Made by a program: the position numbers and the translations under genes
Notes under the pieces: model-generated
The model's input: the letters and a program-made list of their open reading frames with translations, nothing else
Told to the model about the DNA's origin: nothing
Database searches by the model: none
Shown: piece after piece, positions 9,838 through 18,487 of the stretch
Position numbering within the stretch: the stretch's first letter is position 1
Layout of the letters: each line of letters begins with the position of its first letter
Source: an uncultured delta proteobacterium
Lineage (GTDB): Bacteria > Desulfobacterota > RBG-13-43-22
Reading direction: 5' to 3'
Assembly: GCA_963843145.1 (NCBI GenBank)
Contig: CAWJJC010000022.1
Span: forward strand, 1 to 64,000
DNA: 64,000 nt

Positions 9838-9958
9838 TCTGTCCATCTCTGCCTTACTTCTAGCTGCGGCTCATCAGCGAAAAAACAATCTTTGGTGGAG
9901 TTTCTCAGATCTTTAAGACTCACTAACGTGAGGTAACAAAAACATAGAAAAAATGGGA

Positions 9959-10393
9959 TTATGAGACTGGCCTTTTCATATATGCTTCAATAGTCCCGTA
10001 GGCAGGTCCGTCAAGCGCATCGATAAAATGCTCTATATCAACATGCCTACCAAGCTTGCTTGTCCAGAGACCGTTCGCCAACTGACGGGCTGCATGGGTT
10101 GGCCGACCTGACTTAGTATAGATTGCAATCTTTTCAAAGTTCGGCTCGTACTCGGGGCCGTTACACGGCTCGTAGCCAAGGGTTTGAAATGCAGCGATAA
10201 AACTATCGAGTGTAAGGTCGGTTGAAACACCGGGAGGCCAATGAGCATACTCAGGCCACCAGAATTTACTGGAATCGCCAGCAGCCCAAGCAATGCAATT
10301 GTACTTTGGTGATCGCGGACTTGTCTCAGAATGATTAGAATCGTCTAAGTTCGGAAATTGCTGCTTTACAGATGGGTTCGTTGCGCAGGTCAC
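9959..10393 (-). CDS. Conserved hypothetical protein with YNCIAWA...THAA...WTSKLG motifs (DUF7689-like, predicted Cys-His papain-like fold)
   Basis: Motif recognition; probable GTG start at 10393 with GGAGG RBS. DUF number recalled, not verified. Confidence 0.7.
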   Translation of the reverse strand: MTCATNPSVKQQFPNLDDSNHSETSPRSPKYNCIAWAAGDSSKFWWPEYAHWPPGVSTDLTLDSFIAAFQTLGYEPCNGPEYEPNFEKIAIYTKSGRPTHAARQLANGLWTSKLGRHVDIEHFIDALDGPAYGTIEAYMKRPVS

Positions 10394-10826
10394 AAGCCCT
10401 CCACCATTCAAGCCATGCCTCGGTCATGGCGTCAATGTCGCCGAGTTTATCAGGTGAAACTGGATTTGTCCCAGTGATTGCACTGAGTGCCCAGAACCAA
10501 TAATCCGGATAAACCTGAAGCTCATTGATGATCAACGGAACTGCCACAGGTCCCATGCCAATGATTTGCAGGTAGGCTGGGTGCAGGATGATTTCGTGTA
10601 TAGATGAAAGGAACTCTGTATCTCTTAGCCATTCGTTCCTAAGCTTTAAGAATCGAACGGCAGGTCTATCCCACTCTCTGGAAATTGGCTCAAGGTGATG
10701 TTCCAGAAACTGCTCAAAGGCCTGAAATACCACTTGAGATTCTGTGGCCATACCTTTGTTGCCAGACTCACGGAACTCTGCAATGTCAATCACCTTTTTG
10801 GCCAATGATGCTGTAGGGCTTCTCAT
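10335..10826 (-). CDS. Conserved hypothetical helical protein (HPAYLQIIGMG...WFWALSAITG motif)
   Basis: Recognisable conserved motif set; ATGA overlap with the upstream gene. Confidence 0.7.
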   Translation of the reverse strand: MRSPTASLAKKVIDIAEFRESGNKGMATESQVVFQAFEQFLEHHLEPISREWDRPAVRFLKLRNEWLRDTEFLSSIHEIILHPAYLQIIGMGPVAVPLIINELQVYPDYWFWALSAITGTNPVSPDKLGDIDAMTEAWLEWWRACDLRNEPICKAAISELRRF

Positions 10827-11563
10827 TTGAACGTCTCTTTCGCCTTATCTGTCAAACTTTCGGAAAATATTCTATTCTTGAATTCTCGCAACTCTTCTAA
10901 AGAAGACCACAACTTCTCGTCATTTGGTGAAATGTCAACATGTCTAATTACATCTATGTCAAAAATAATCGGAAGCCCAGACTCATCGGCAGGCCCCGAA
11001 GCCATATTGATTATGCCCAATGAATCGTCCTTTTCGTTAGAAATTTCTAACCGCATAAAAAAAGACCGAAAGGTCTGGGGAAGTGAATGACTAATTTCAG
11101 GCCCAGTCAAAAAATAATCTTTGGTATCAATGTTGAACGGAATAACAATTTTGTTTATGTATCGAAGCGAAAAACGAGTTATCTTTTTGGGATGCGCAAT
11201 GTCACAATAAGAAGTCCACATGTCCTTCGCTTCGGTACTGAATAGCATCCATGACTCGTAGGGTTTCAGCTTGTTAAAAGTAAAACCATCAAGCCGAGAT
11301 TGCACCACCTTCCCTTCAATAGCAGAACGAAAAAGATATCCATCCGTCTTGCCAGTACCTGTGGTTACTGCCTGCTTTTCCGGGAAAGCCAACTTCAAGG
11401 AACTCTTAAACGCGACCCTTTCACGTTTTTCGGGGTATCTCTGTTGGATTTTGCCATGAAGGCTACGCAGGTGCTCAAGCGAAATGTCTTGTGGCAGGGA
11501 GACCTGAATGTCTAATATCGCCTCGATGATTGGTGCATTCGGGTATGTCGGATACTCAGCCAT
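10823..11563 (-). CDS. TIGR04255-family protein
   Basis: N-terminal YPNAPIIEAILDIQV, PYESW..F, RFSLRYINKI, IIFDID, LREFKNRIF...LT C-terminus. Confidence 0.8.
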   Translation of the reverse strand: MAEYPTYPNAPIIEAILDIQVSLPQDISLEHLRSLHGKIQQRYPEKRERVAFKSSLKLAFPEKQAVTTGTGKTDGYLFRSAIEGKVVQSRLDGFTFNKLKPYESWMLFSTEAKDMWTSYCDIAHPKKITRFSLRYINKIVIPFNIDTKDYFLTGPEISHSLPQTFRSFFMRLEISNEKDDSLGIINMASGPADESGLPIIFDIDVIRHVDISPNDEKLWSSLEELREFKNRIFSESLTDKAKETFK

Positions 11564-12177
11564 TACACATCCGTTTTATCGAATGAATTTCATGCTACAT
11601 ATCATCCTGCAAACTCTCGAACTTTAATCATTATCTCACATCAATTCGATAAGCGGTAGCAGAAAATGTACTGTTTGCTGTTTCCCGGCCTCCAGCCTTC
11701 AGAGGGCGTTCTCATCCCTGCGAATAGAGGGATCTAGGCCGCAATGTCCACCGTAGTTCCCCTGTGCCCAGATCGTTTCCCTTGTGCCCATTATTCGTTA
11801 TGCCCCGTTTGGAGCATGAGCACATCCCATCAAGTTATTATGTTGTTTATTATGAACTCCACCACCCCGGTGGCTTCTGATGCCCACAAAAAAATAGATC
11901 TATGTTACCTGTCCCGGCCCCAACTATACATATCCTACTTAAATCATTAAAAATGTCAATAAATCTCCTGACGAATTATTCATCGACGGTAAATTTAGCC
12001 TTTCCGGATATCATGTTATTTGTGAGATTATTTAAGATAAGGATGATTTTTAATAGCGGCCATCCTTCCTGCGGTACTGTCAAAATTTGAAGCCAGTTTG
12101 CGAATTAGCGCCAGTCCAGGTAGACAGCAAAGGAGGTTTTCTATCTTTTTGATGGTGAATTAAGGGAAATGGAACCA

Positions 12178-12205
12178 TTGACATTCCCCCCGAGGGTGGT
12201 AAGCT
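12178..12205 (+). promoter_or_regulatory. Putative sigma70 promoter of the Hsp70-like gene
   Basis: TTGACA-16 nt-TAAGCT with an extended TG. Confidence 0.45.
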
Positions 12206-12248
12206 GATAGCCGGACCGATTCTTAAGAGAGCAATTGCGAGGCATCCA

Positions 12249-13820
12249 ATGAGCAAAAAATCGAAAGCCCTTCGACTCGGCATTGATTTCGGGACCACCC
12301 GCACGGTAGTCGCGTCCGTGGAAAACGGGAACTACCCGGTCTGCACCTTCACCTGGGAGGACGAAGTGAAGGAGTACATCCCCACCCTGGCGGCCGTGGA
12401 CCAGGGGAAACTCCTTTTCGGCTGGGAGGCGGCGAAGCGGCTCCAGGACCCGGAAGCGCGGGTCCTGCGCTCCCTGAAACGTCTGCTCGGCCAGGTTCGA
12501 CCCGATGACCTTTTGGAACTCGCCCCGGGTTTCTCCCTCCCGGCCTTGGAGCTGGTCACCCTGTTCCTGGCCCATGTCAAGGAAATGCTCACCCAGCACA
12601 GTCCCCTTAACCTCCCCCGAGGACGGCCCCTGGAAGTTCTGGCCGCGGTCCCGGCCAACGCCGGCAGCAACCAGCGCTTCATCACCCTGGAGGCCTTTCG
12701 CCGGGCCGGTTTCCAGGTCCGGGGCCTGATGAACGAGCCTTCGGCCGCCGCCGTAGAATTCGTACACCGCTATATGCGCGATCTCGGACCCAAGAGCCCC
12801 AAAAAATATCTGGTGGTCTATGACCTGGGCGGGGGTACCTTTGACACCTCGGTGGTGGGTTTCGCCGAGAGCCACTTCGACGTCATCACCCACCAGGGGA
12901 TCAACCGGCTCGGCGGGGATGACTTCGATCAGCTCATTCTGGAAATGGCCTTGGAAAAATTGAGCCTCTCCCGGGAAGAACTGCCTCCGGGCTTAGAACC
13001 CCGACTGCTGGAGGAATGCCGGGAACGCAAGGAGGGTCTGAAGCCCAACACACAGAAGATGCTGGTGGAGCTGGCCCTGGAAGAAGGAGAAGAGCGGTCC
13101 CTCATCCTGGGAACGAAGGAGATTTACGCTCGCTGCCTCCCCCTGATCGAGAACAGCCTGGCGCTGGTCCTTAAGGTAATGGACGACCTGCAACAGGTCG
13201 GGATTGATTCCGAAGACAGCCAACGCTTCGCGGCCGTCTATCTGGTGGGAGGCTCGGTGGCCTTCCCCCCGGTCTCCCGTCGATTGCGGGAGCTCTTCGG
13301 CCGCAAGGTCCGGATTTCGCCCTATCCCCAGGCTGCCACGGCCATCGGCCTGGCCGTCAGCACCGACCCCCAGGCGCGGATTTCAATCCGGGAGGCGGTT
13401 ACCCGCCATTTCGGACTCTGGCGGGAAGGGGAGGAAGGGCGCGAAAAAGTATTCGACCCCATCTTTCGCAAAGACAGCCTGCTGGAATCCGGGGCGGGCG
13501 GGCCGGAGGTTGTTCGAGACTACCATCCGGTTCATAATGTGGGCCACCTGCGTTTCCTGGAGTGCAGCGCCCTGGGGGAGGCCGGGGAACCCCAAGGCGA
13601 CCTGTTCGTCTGGGAAGATGTCTATTTCCCCTATGACCCTCAATTGGAGCAGGAACCTGACCTGGCCCGCGTCCCCCTGGAAAAACGACCGGACCTGGCC
13701 GGGCAGGAAATCCGCGAGATCTACTCCTATGACCCACGGGGGATCATCACCGTTCAAGTTGAGAATTGTTCAGCCGGCTACCGCAGAGAATATACCTTCG
13801 ACAGCAAACCCCGAAAATAG
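12249..13820 (+). CDS. Atypical Hsp70-family ATPase (not canonical DnaK)
   Basis: GIDFGTT, NEPSAAA, YDLGGGTFD, LGGDDFD and LVGGS motifs; divergent short C-terminal domain. Confidence 0.85.
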   Translation: MSKKSKALRLGIDFGTTRTVVASVENGNYPVCTFTWEDEVKEYIPTLAAVDQGKLLFGWEAAKRLQDPEARVLRSLKRLLGQVRPDDLLELAPGFSLPALELVTLFLAHVKEMLTQHSPLNLPRGRPLEVLAAVPANAGSNQRFITLEAFRRAGFQVRGLMNEPSAAAVEFVHRYMRDLGPKSPKKYLVVYDLGGGTFDTSVVGFAESHFDVITHQGINRLGGDDFDQLILEMALEKLSLSREELPPGLEPRLLEECRERKEGLKPNTQKMLVELALEEGEERSLILGTKEIYARCLPLIENSLALVLKVMDDLQQVGIDSEDSQRFAAVYLVGGSVAFPPVSRRLRELFGRKVRISPYPQAATAIGLAVSTDPQARISIREAVTRHFGLWREGEEGREKVFDPIFRKDSLLESGAGGPEVVRDYHPVHNVGHLRFLECSALGEAGEPQGDLFVWEDVYFPYDPQLEQEPDLARVPLEKRPDLAGQEIREIYSYDPRGIITVQVENCSAGYRREYTFDSKPRK

Positions 13821-13857
13821 TCGTTGCCAATAGTTTCGCTATAAGTCCTCGGGTCTG

Positions 13858-13891
13858 TCCTTGCGAGGAGTGAAGCGACGAAGCAATCCCC
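13858..13891 (+). repeat. Half copy of a GTCATTGCGAGGAG...CGAAGCAATC-type palindromic (RPE/REP-like) element
   Basis: GTCCTTGCGAGGAGTGAAGCGACGAAGCAATCCC resembles a widespread intergenic repeat family. Confidence 0.55.
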
Positions 13892-14039
13892 AAGAATCAG
13901 CTATTTGACCCAAATCTGCGCAAGGAGGTTAAAACATCGGTAGCGTCGAGGTTTCTGGAAATGCCTGCATCCAGGAACAGGTCGAGAGTCTCTATCTGAT
14001 TCAGATGATTCGTTTCAAAAAAACCAATTTACGGCCTTA

Positions 14040-14081
14040 TTGACATCCACTCTTCCTTACGATATATTGACAAGGTAAGGA
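14040..14081 (+). promoter_or_regulatory. Sigma70 promoter with autoregulatory operator of the second TA locus
   Basis: TTGACA(14040)-17 nt-TATATT(14063); inverted repeat TCCTTAC(14054)/GTAAGGA(14075) brackets the -10. Confidence 0.7.
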
Positions 14082-14106
14082 GACTTTTTCAGAGAGGAGA
14101 TCCGCC

Positions 14107-14340
14107 ATGCAATCGACCATTACCTCTAAATTTCAAACGACCATTCCCAAAGCCATCCGGGAGAATCTGGCTCTGGTGGTGAACGACACCCTGGAATGGA
14201 AGGTCGACCACGGGAAAATCATAGTTTCCCCAAAACAAAAAAATTTCCTAAAATATCAGAACAAGGTAAAAGTCGGAAAAGGGGACATCGAGGCGGACAT
14301 TACCTTAGCCAGGGACTTACGCCTGGAGAATCATCGGTGA
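14107..14340 (+). CDS. AbrB/MazE-family antitoxin
   Basis: STITSKFQTTIPKAIRENL...DTLEW swapped-hairpin signature. Confidence 0.85.
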   Translation: MQSTITSKFQTTIPKAIRENLALVVNDTLEWKVDHGKIIVSPKQKNFLKYQNKVKVGKGDIEADITLARDLRLENHR

Positions 14341-14750
14341 AAAAATACATAATCGATACCAACGCCTTGATTTCCTTTGTAACCGACAGGAACCTGAAAC
14401 AACAGCAGATCATGAAGGCTGTCTTTGAAACCGTTTCGCTGCTGAAAGGGATCATTCTCTGCCACTCCCATGTCCTGACCGAATTTGTCTATGTTATGGA
14501 AAAAATCTATCAGGTACCTCCGGAGGAGATCAAGGAAATGGTCATGGATTTTATGATCCTGCCGGGAGTGAGGGTCGTCCAGGAGATCAACTTTAAAGCC
14601 GTCTTCGACTACTGGCCGAAAGTTATTGCCGATTTTGGCGACGCCCTGGTCGCGGCCCTCTGCAAAGCGCAGAAGGGTTCCGTTCTCTTGACCTTTGACC
14701 AGAAATTAATCAGGCAGATTGAAACCGCGGGGCTAACCGCTTATTCTTAG
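14337..14750 (+). CDS. PIN-domain (VapC-like) toxin
   Basis: GTG start overlapping the antitoxin stop; YIIDTNALI, VLTEFVYV, DFGDAL, LLTFDQKL. Confidence 0.85.
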   Translation: MKKYIIDTNALISFVTDRNLKQQQIMKAVFETVSLLKGIILCHSHVLTEFVYVMEKIYQVPPEEIKEMVMDFMILPGVRVVQEINFKAVFDYWPKVIADFGDALVAALCKAQKGSVLLTFDQKLIRQIETAGLTAYS

Positions 14751-14858
14751 GAATCTAATTGATGGTTACCATAATCCGGAAGTGGTCTGCCAGGATTTCC
14801 GCGAGGCTTTTGCAAAAAGGATGAGCGGGATTTCGCTGGTATTTCTCGGCTTGGATTA

Positions 14859-14996
14859 GACTACGCGGTTGTTGACAACAGCCAATACGTCTACTGGCTG
14901 ATTTGGAACCTGCCCTCCGGTGCCGGTGATACGGTGCGCGGCTGCGCCGTACTCATCGAGTATCAACACCGTTTGTACCTTCCCCTGATACTGAAT
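14859..14996 (+). pseudogene. Startless gene fragment ending in an LYLPLIL motif
   Basis: DYAVVDNSQYVYWLIWNLPSGAGDTVRGCAVLIEYQHRLYLPLILN; the LYLPLI motif resembles the Chloroflexota C-terminal sorting-type motif. Confidence 0.4.
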
Positions 14997-15143
14997 TCCT
15001 CTTTATATCTTCGGTCTGATGATCTGCAGTTTGGGAAAATAGGTCTGGTACCGCGCCCAATCCCTATCCAGGATGATGTTGCTGTCCACCAGGATATCCA
15101 ACGCTCATCCCCGGGTCAGGGCCATAATTTCATCTTTTCCTGC

Positions 15144-15172
15144 TTGACGGCTGATCCGCTTTTCAATACATT
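15144..15172 (+). promoter_or_regulatory. Putative sigma70 promoter of the liv operon
   Basis: TTGACG-17 nt-TACATT. Confidence 0.45.
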
Positions 15173-15219
15173 AACCTTTTCAGCGGCAATTAAAATTAGC
15201 GACCAGGGGGAAGGCAACC

Positions 15220-16392
15220 ATGGGTAAAAGAGGGTTTGCAGTTTTATTGACAGGTCTTTTGGTTTTGAGTTGGGCGGCATTGGGCCTGGCGGCCGAGGTC
15301 ATCAAAGTGGGGTTCAACATCCCCCTGACCGGCGACATCCCCAAAGTGGGCGAAGGGTCCAAGTACGCCGGGGAGATGCTCAAGGAACGGATTAACAAGT
15401 CCGGCGGATTGAAGGTCGGCAACAAGATCTATAAGATCGAATTTGTCTATCAGGACAACGAGTCCAAGGCCGAATCGGCCACGGCCGTGGCCTTGAAGCT
15501 GATCGCCCAGGACAAAGTCCTGGCCATCATCGGCCCCCAGTCGAGCAAGCAGGCCATCCCGGCCGGAGAGGTCAGCGACGCCAACAAAACGGTGATGATC
15601 ACCGCCTGGTCCACCAACCCCAAGACCACCCTGAACCGCCCCTGGGTCTTCCGGGCCTGCTTTCTGGACGACTTCCAAGGTCCAGTCCTGGCCAAGTTCG
15701 CCACCCAGGAACTGAAGGCCAAGAAGGCCGCGGTCCTTTACGACATCGCCAGCGACTATCCCAAGGGCCTGGCCGAATTTTTTAAGGCGGCCTTCCAGAA
15801 AATTAACGGCGCCGGTTCCGTCGTAGCCTTTGAGACCTTTACCACCAAGGACCGGGACTTCAGCGCCCAGTTGACCAAAATCGTGGCTTCCAAGGCCGAT
15901 GTCCTCTTCACTCCCCAGTACTACGATGAAATTCCCCTGATCGTGAAACAGGCCCGGGAATTAGGCTGGAATAAACCCGTCCTGGGCAGCGATTCCTGGG
16001 GCTCGGCGGAACTGATGAAGCTCTGCGGGAACGACTGCAAGGGCTATTATTTCAGCACCCACTACGCGGCCGCCGGGGCCAAAGGGGCCACCAAGGAATT
16101 CATCGACAGCTACAAGGCCAGGTACGGCTACGAACCCGACGATGTGGCCGCCCTGACCTGGGATGCCGCCCGTTTGCTCCTGCAGGCCGTCCAGAACACC
16201 AAAGGACTGAGCGGCAACCTGGTCAAGGACCGGCAGTCCGTCCGGGATCAACTGGCCAAGATCCGGGGCTTTGATGGAATCACCGGCAAGATGACCTTTA
16301 ACGGCAAGACTGGCGATCCGCAGAAGTGCGCCGTCGTGGTCAAAATCGGACAGGACGGCAGTTTTCAGTTTTACAAGTCCGTCTGCCCATAA
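15220..16392 (+). CDS. livK: Branched-chain amino acid ABC transporter substrate-binding protein
   Basis: Signal peptide; IKVGFNIPLTG, FRACFLDDFQG, DFSAQLTKI, GSDSW. Confidence 0.88.
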   Translation: MGKRGFAVLLTGLLVLSWAALGLAAEVIKVGFNIPLTGDIPKVGEGSKYAGEMLKERINKSGGLKVGNKIYKIEFVYQDNESKAESATAVALKLIAQDKVLAIIGPQSSKQAIPAGEVSDANKTVMITAWSTNPKTTLNRPWVFRACFLDDFQGPVLAKFATQELKAKKAAVLYDIASDYPKGLAEFFKAAFQKINGAGSVVAFETFTTKDRDFSAQLTKIVASKADVLFTPQYYDEIPLIVKQARELGWNKPVLGSDSWGSAELMKLCGNDCKGYYFSTHYAAAGAKGATKEFIDSYKARYGYEPDDVAALTWDAARLLLQAVQNTKGLSGNLVKDRQSVRDQLAKIRGFDGITGKMTFNGKTGDPQKCAVVVKIGQDGSFQFYKSVCP

Positions 16393-16401
16393 AACAAAAC
16401 G

Positions 16402-16503
16402 CACCGCAAAGGCGCAAAGAGCGCAAAGAAACAGAATGTTTTCTCGTGGAAATCGGCCGCCGCCGATTTCCACGAGAATAAAATCCTTCGCGCCTTTGCG
16501 GTG
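16402..16503. repeat. Nested palindromic intergenic (REP-like) element
   Basis: Outer CACCGCAAAGGCGC/GCGCCTTTGCGGTG arms; inner perfect 17-bp stem 16441-16457/16462-16478; internal GCGCAAAG tandem. Confidence 0.75.
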
Positions 16504-16526
16504 AATATTTACCCGGGAATTCAGCC

Positions 16527-17459
16527 TTGACCTTATCCCTTTTCCTTCAAAACCTGATCAACGCCCTCCAGTGGGGCAGCTTCTACGCCCTGATCGCCCT
16601 GGGTTATTCCATGGTCTACGGGGTGCTGCTGCTGATCAACTTTGCCCACGGCGATATTTTTATGGTGGGGGCCTACTTCGGTTTTTTTATTTCCGCCTTC
16701 CTCTTAGGCGCTTACGCCTTGAAGCTGCCTTATACCCTTTCGCCGGAGATGGTCTTCTTCCTGACTCTCCTCCTGACCATGGCCCTGACGGCCGGGGTGG
16801 GCGTGACCATCGAACGGATCGCCTACCGGCCCCTGCGTCGAAAAGGGGCCAACAGGCTTTACGTGGTCATCACGGCCCTGATGGTGGGTTTGATCCTGGA
16901 GAACGGCAACCTGGCCCTGTTGGGCGCCAGCCGAAAAAATTTCCCCGAGTTGATCCCCCGGGTGATTTACCACTGGGGGGGAATCACCTTCAGCAACCTC
17001 AAGATCGTCGTCATCGCCACCACCCTGCTGGTCTTTTTGTTGCTCCAGATCGTGGTCCGCAAGACCCGCTGGGGGTTGGCGATGCGGGCCATTTCCTATG
17101 ACCGGGTGGCGGTCCCGCTGATGGGCATCCCGGTGGACAGCGTCATCGTCGTCACCTTCGCCCTGGGCTCCGCGCTGGCCGCCGTGGCCGGGATCCTCTT
17201 CGCCCTCTCCTACCCGGTGCTGGAACCCTATATGGGGGCCCTCATCGGCTGGAAGGCCTTTATCGCCGCCGTGGTCGGTGGGATCGGAGAGATCCGCGGG
17301 GCTTTTGTGGGCGGATTTCTACTGGGCTTCATCGAGATTTTCTCGGCCACCGTCTTTCCTTCCACCTACCGGGACCTGATCAGCTTCGGCATTCTGATGG
17401 CTATTCTCACTTTTAGACCCACCGGGCTCTTCGGTCTGGCCCGGCGGACCAAGGTCTAA
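16527..17459 (+). CDS. livH: BCAA ABC permease
   Basis: YALIALGYSMVYG..INFAHG, GLAMRA, KAFIAAVVGGIG, RPTGLFG. Confidence 0.9.
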   Translation: MTLSLFLQNLINALQWGSFYALIALGYSMVYGVLLLINFAHGDIFMVGAYFGFFISAFLLGAYALKLPYTLSPEMVFFLTLLLTMALTAGVGVTIERIAYRPLRRKGANRLYVVITALMVGLILENGNLALLGASRKNFPELIPRVIYHWGGITFSNLKIVVIATTLLVFLLLQIVVRKTRWGLAMRAISYDRVAVPLMGIPVDSVIVVTFALGSALAAVAGILFALSYPVLEPYMGALIGWKAFIAAVVGGIGEIRGAFVGGFLLGFIEIFSATVFPSTYRDLISFGILMAILTFRPTGLFGLARRTKV

Positions 17460-17465
17460 AGAATT

Positions 17466-18485
17466 ATGGACCGATTCCCCGCCGTAACCTGGGGAGCGCT
17501 TCTTTTCCTGCTCTTGATCGGGTCTTCCTGGGCGGGCTGGCTGGACTCCTACACCCAACTGGTTATCCTCTTCATCGGCATCAACATCATCATGTCCGCC
17601 AGCCTGAACCTGATCAACGGCTACATGGGGGAATTTTCCTGCGGCCACGCCGGCTTCATGGCCGTGGGCGCCTACGTCACCTCCCTCCTGACGGTCTGGT
17701 TCTTCACCTCCGGTTCGGTGTTCGGTCCGGCCCTGCTGAACTCCCAATGGGCGATCCTCCTCTTTCCCCTGCTGCTCCTGATCGGCGGTCTGGCCGCCGC
17801 CCTGGCCGGGTTGATGATCGCCGTCCCTTCCTTTCGGACCCGGGGCGACTACCTGGCCATCATCACTTTGGCCGCCAACTACATTATCAAAAGCGCCATC
17901 GAAAACATCCAGGTCATCGGCGGGGCTCGGGGCTTCATGGGCATGTCCCGGGTGGTCAACGGGATGGAAGCGGTCTGGGAAATCCCCTGGATGCTGATCT
18001 GGACCGGGATCTTTGTGGCCCTGACCGTAGTGGTGATTCAGCGTTTCATCCGCTCCACTTACGGCCAGGGGGTGATCGCCATCCGGGAAGATGAGATCGC
18101 CGCGGAAATCATGGGGATTAATATCCGCAAGATGAAGATGATCGCCTTCATGCTCTCTTCGGGACTGGCCGGGGTGGCCGGCGGACTCCTGGCCCACGTT
18201 TTGGGCTACATCAACCCCGGCAGCTTTACCATCATGAAATCCACCGAGGCCATGGTCATGGTTTACCTGGGTGGCATGGGCTCCCTGAGCGGTTCGGTCC
18301 TAAGCGCCGTACTGTTCACCCTGCTCCTCGAGGTACTGAGACCCCTGCAACTCTTCAAATGGGTTATCATCCCCCTGCTGCTCTTTTTCCTGATGCTCTT
18401 CCGGCCCGAAGGCTTGTTGGGGCATCGGGAATTGACAGATGTTTTCCCGGGACTGAAACGCTTTTATCGCTCGGAGGGGAAATAG
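17466..18485 (+). CDS. livM: BCAA ABC permease
   Basis: SLNLINGYMGEFSCGHAGF, RGDYLAIITL, AIREDEIAA, LGGMGSLSG. Confidence 0.9.
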   Translation: MDRFPAVTWGALLFLLLIGSSWAGWLDSYTQLVILFIGINIIMSASLNLINGYMGEFSCGHAGFMAVGAYVTSLLTVWFFTSGSVFGPALLNSQWAILLFPLLLLIGGLAAALAGLMIAVPSFRTRGDYLAIITLAANYIIKSAIENIQVIGGARGFMGMSRVVNGMEAVWEIPWMLIWTGIFVALTVVVIQRFIRSTYGQGVIAIREDEIAAEIMGINIRKMKMIAFMLSSGLAGVAGGLLAHVLGYINPGSFTIMKSTEAMVMVYLGGMGSLSGSVLSAVLFTLLLEVLRPLQLFKWVIIPLLLFFLMLFRPEGLLGHRELTDVFPGLKRFYRSEGK

Positions 18486-18487
18486 CC

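Noticed and set aside
11830-11862. dif/Xer-like sequence
   Set aside because: Only a XerC-like arm on the minus strand; no XerD arm at the right spacing.
11564-12248. Possible integron integrase remnant upstream of the cassette region
   Set aside because: No tyrosine-recombinase motifs recognisable; the short ORFs look random.
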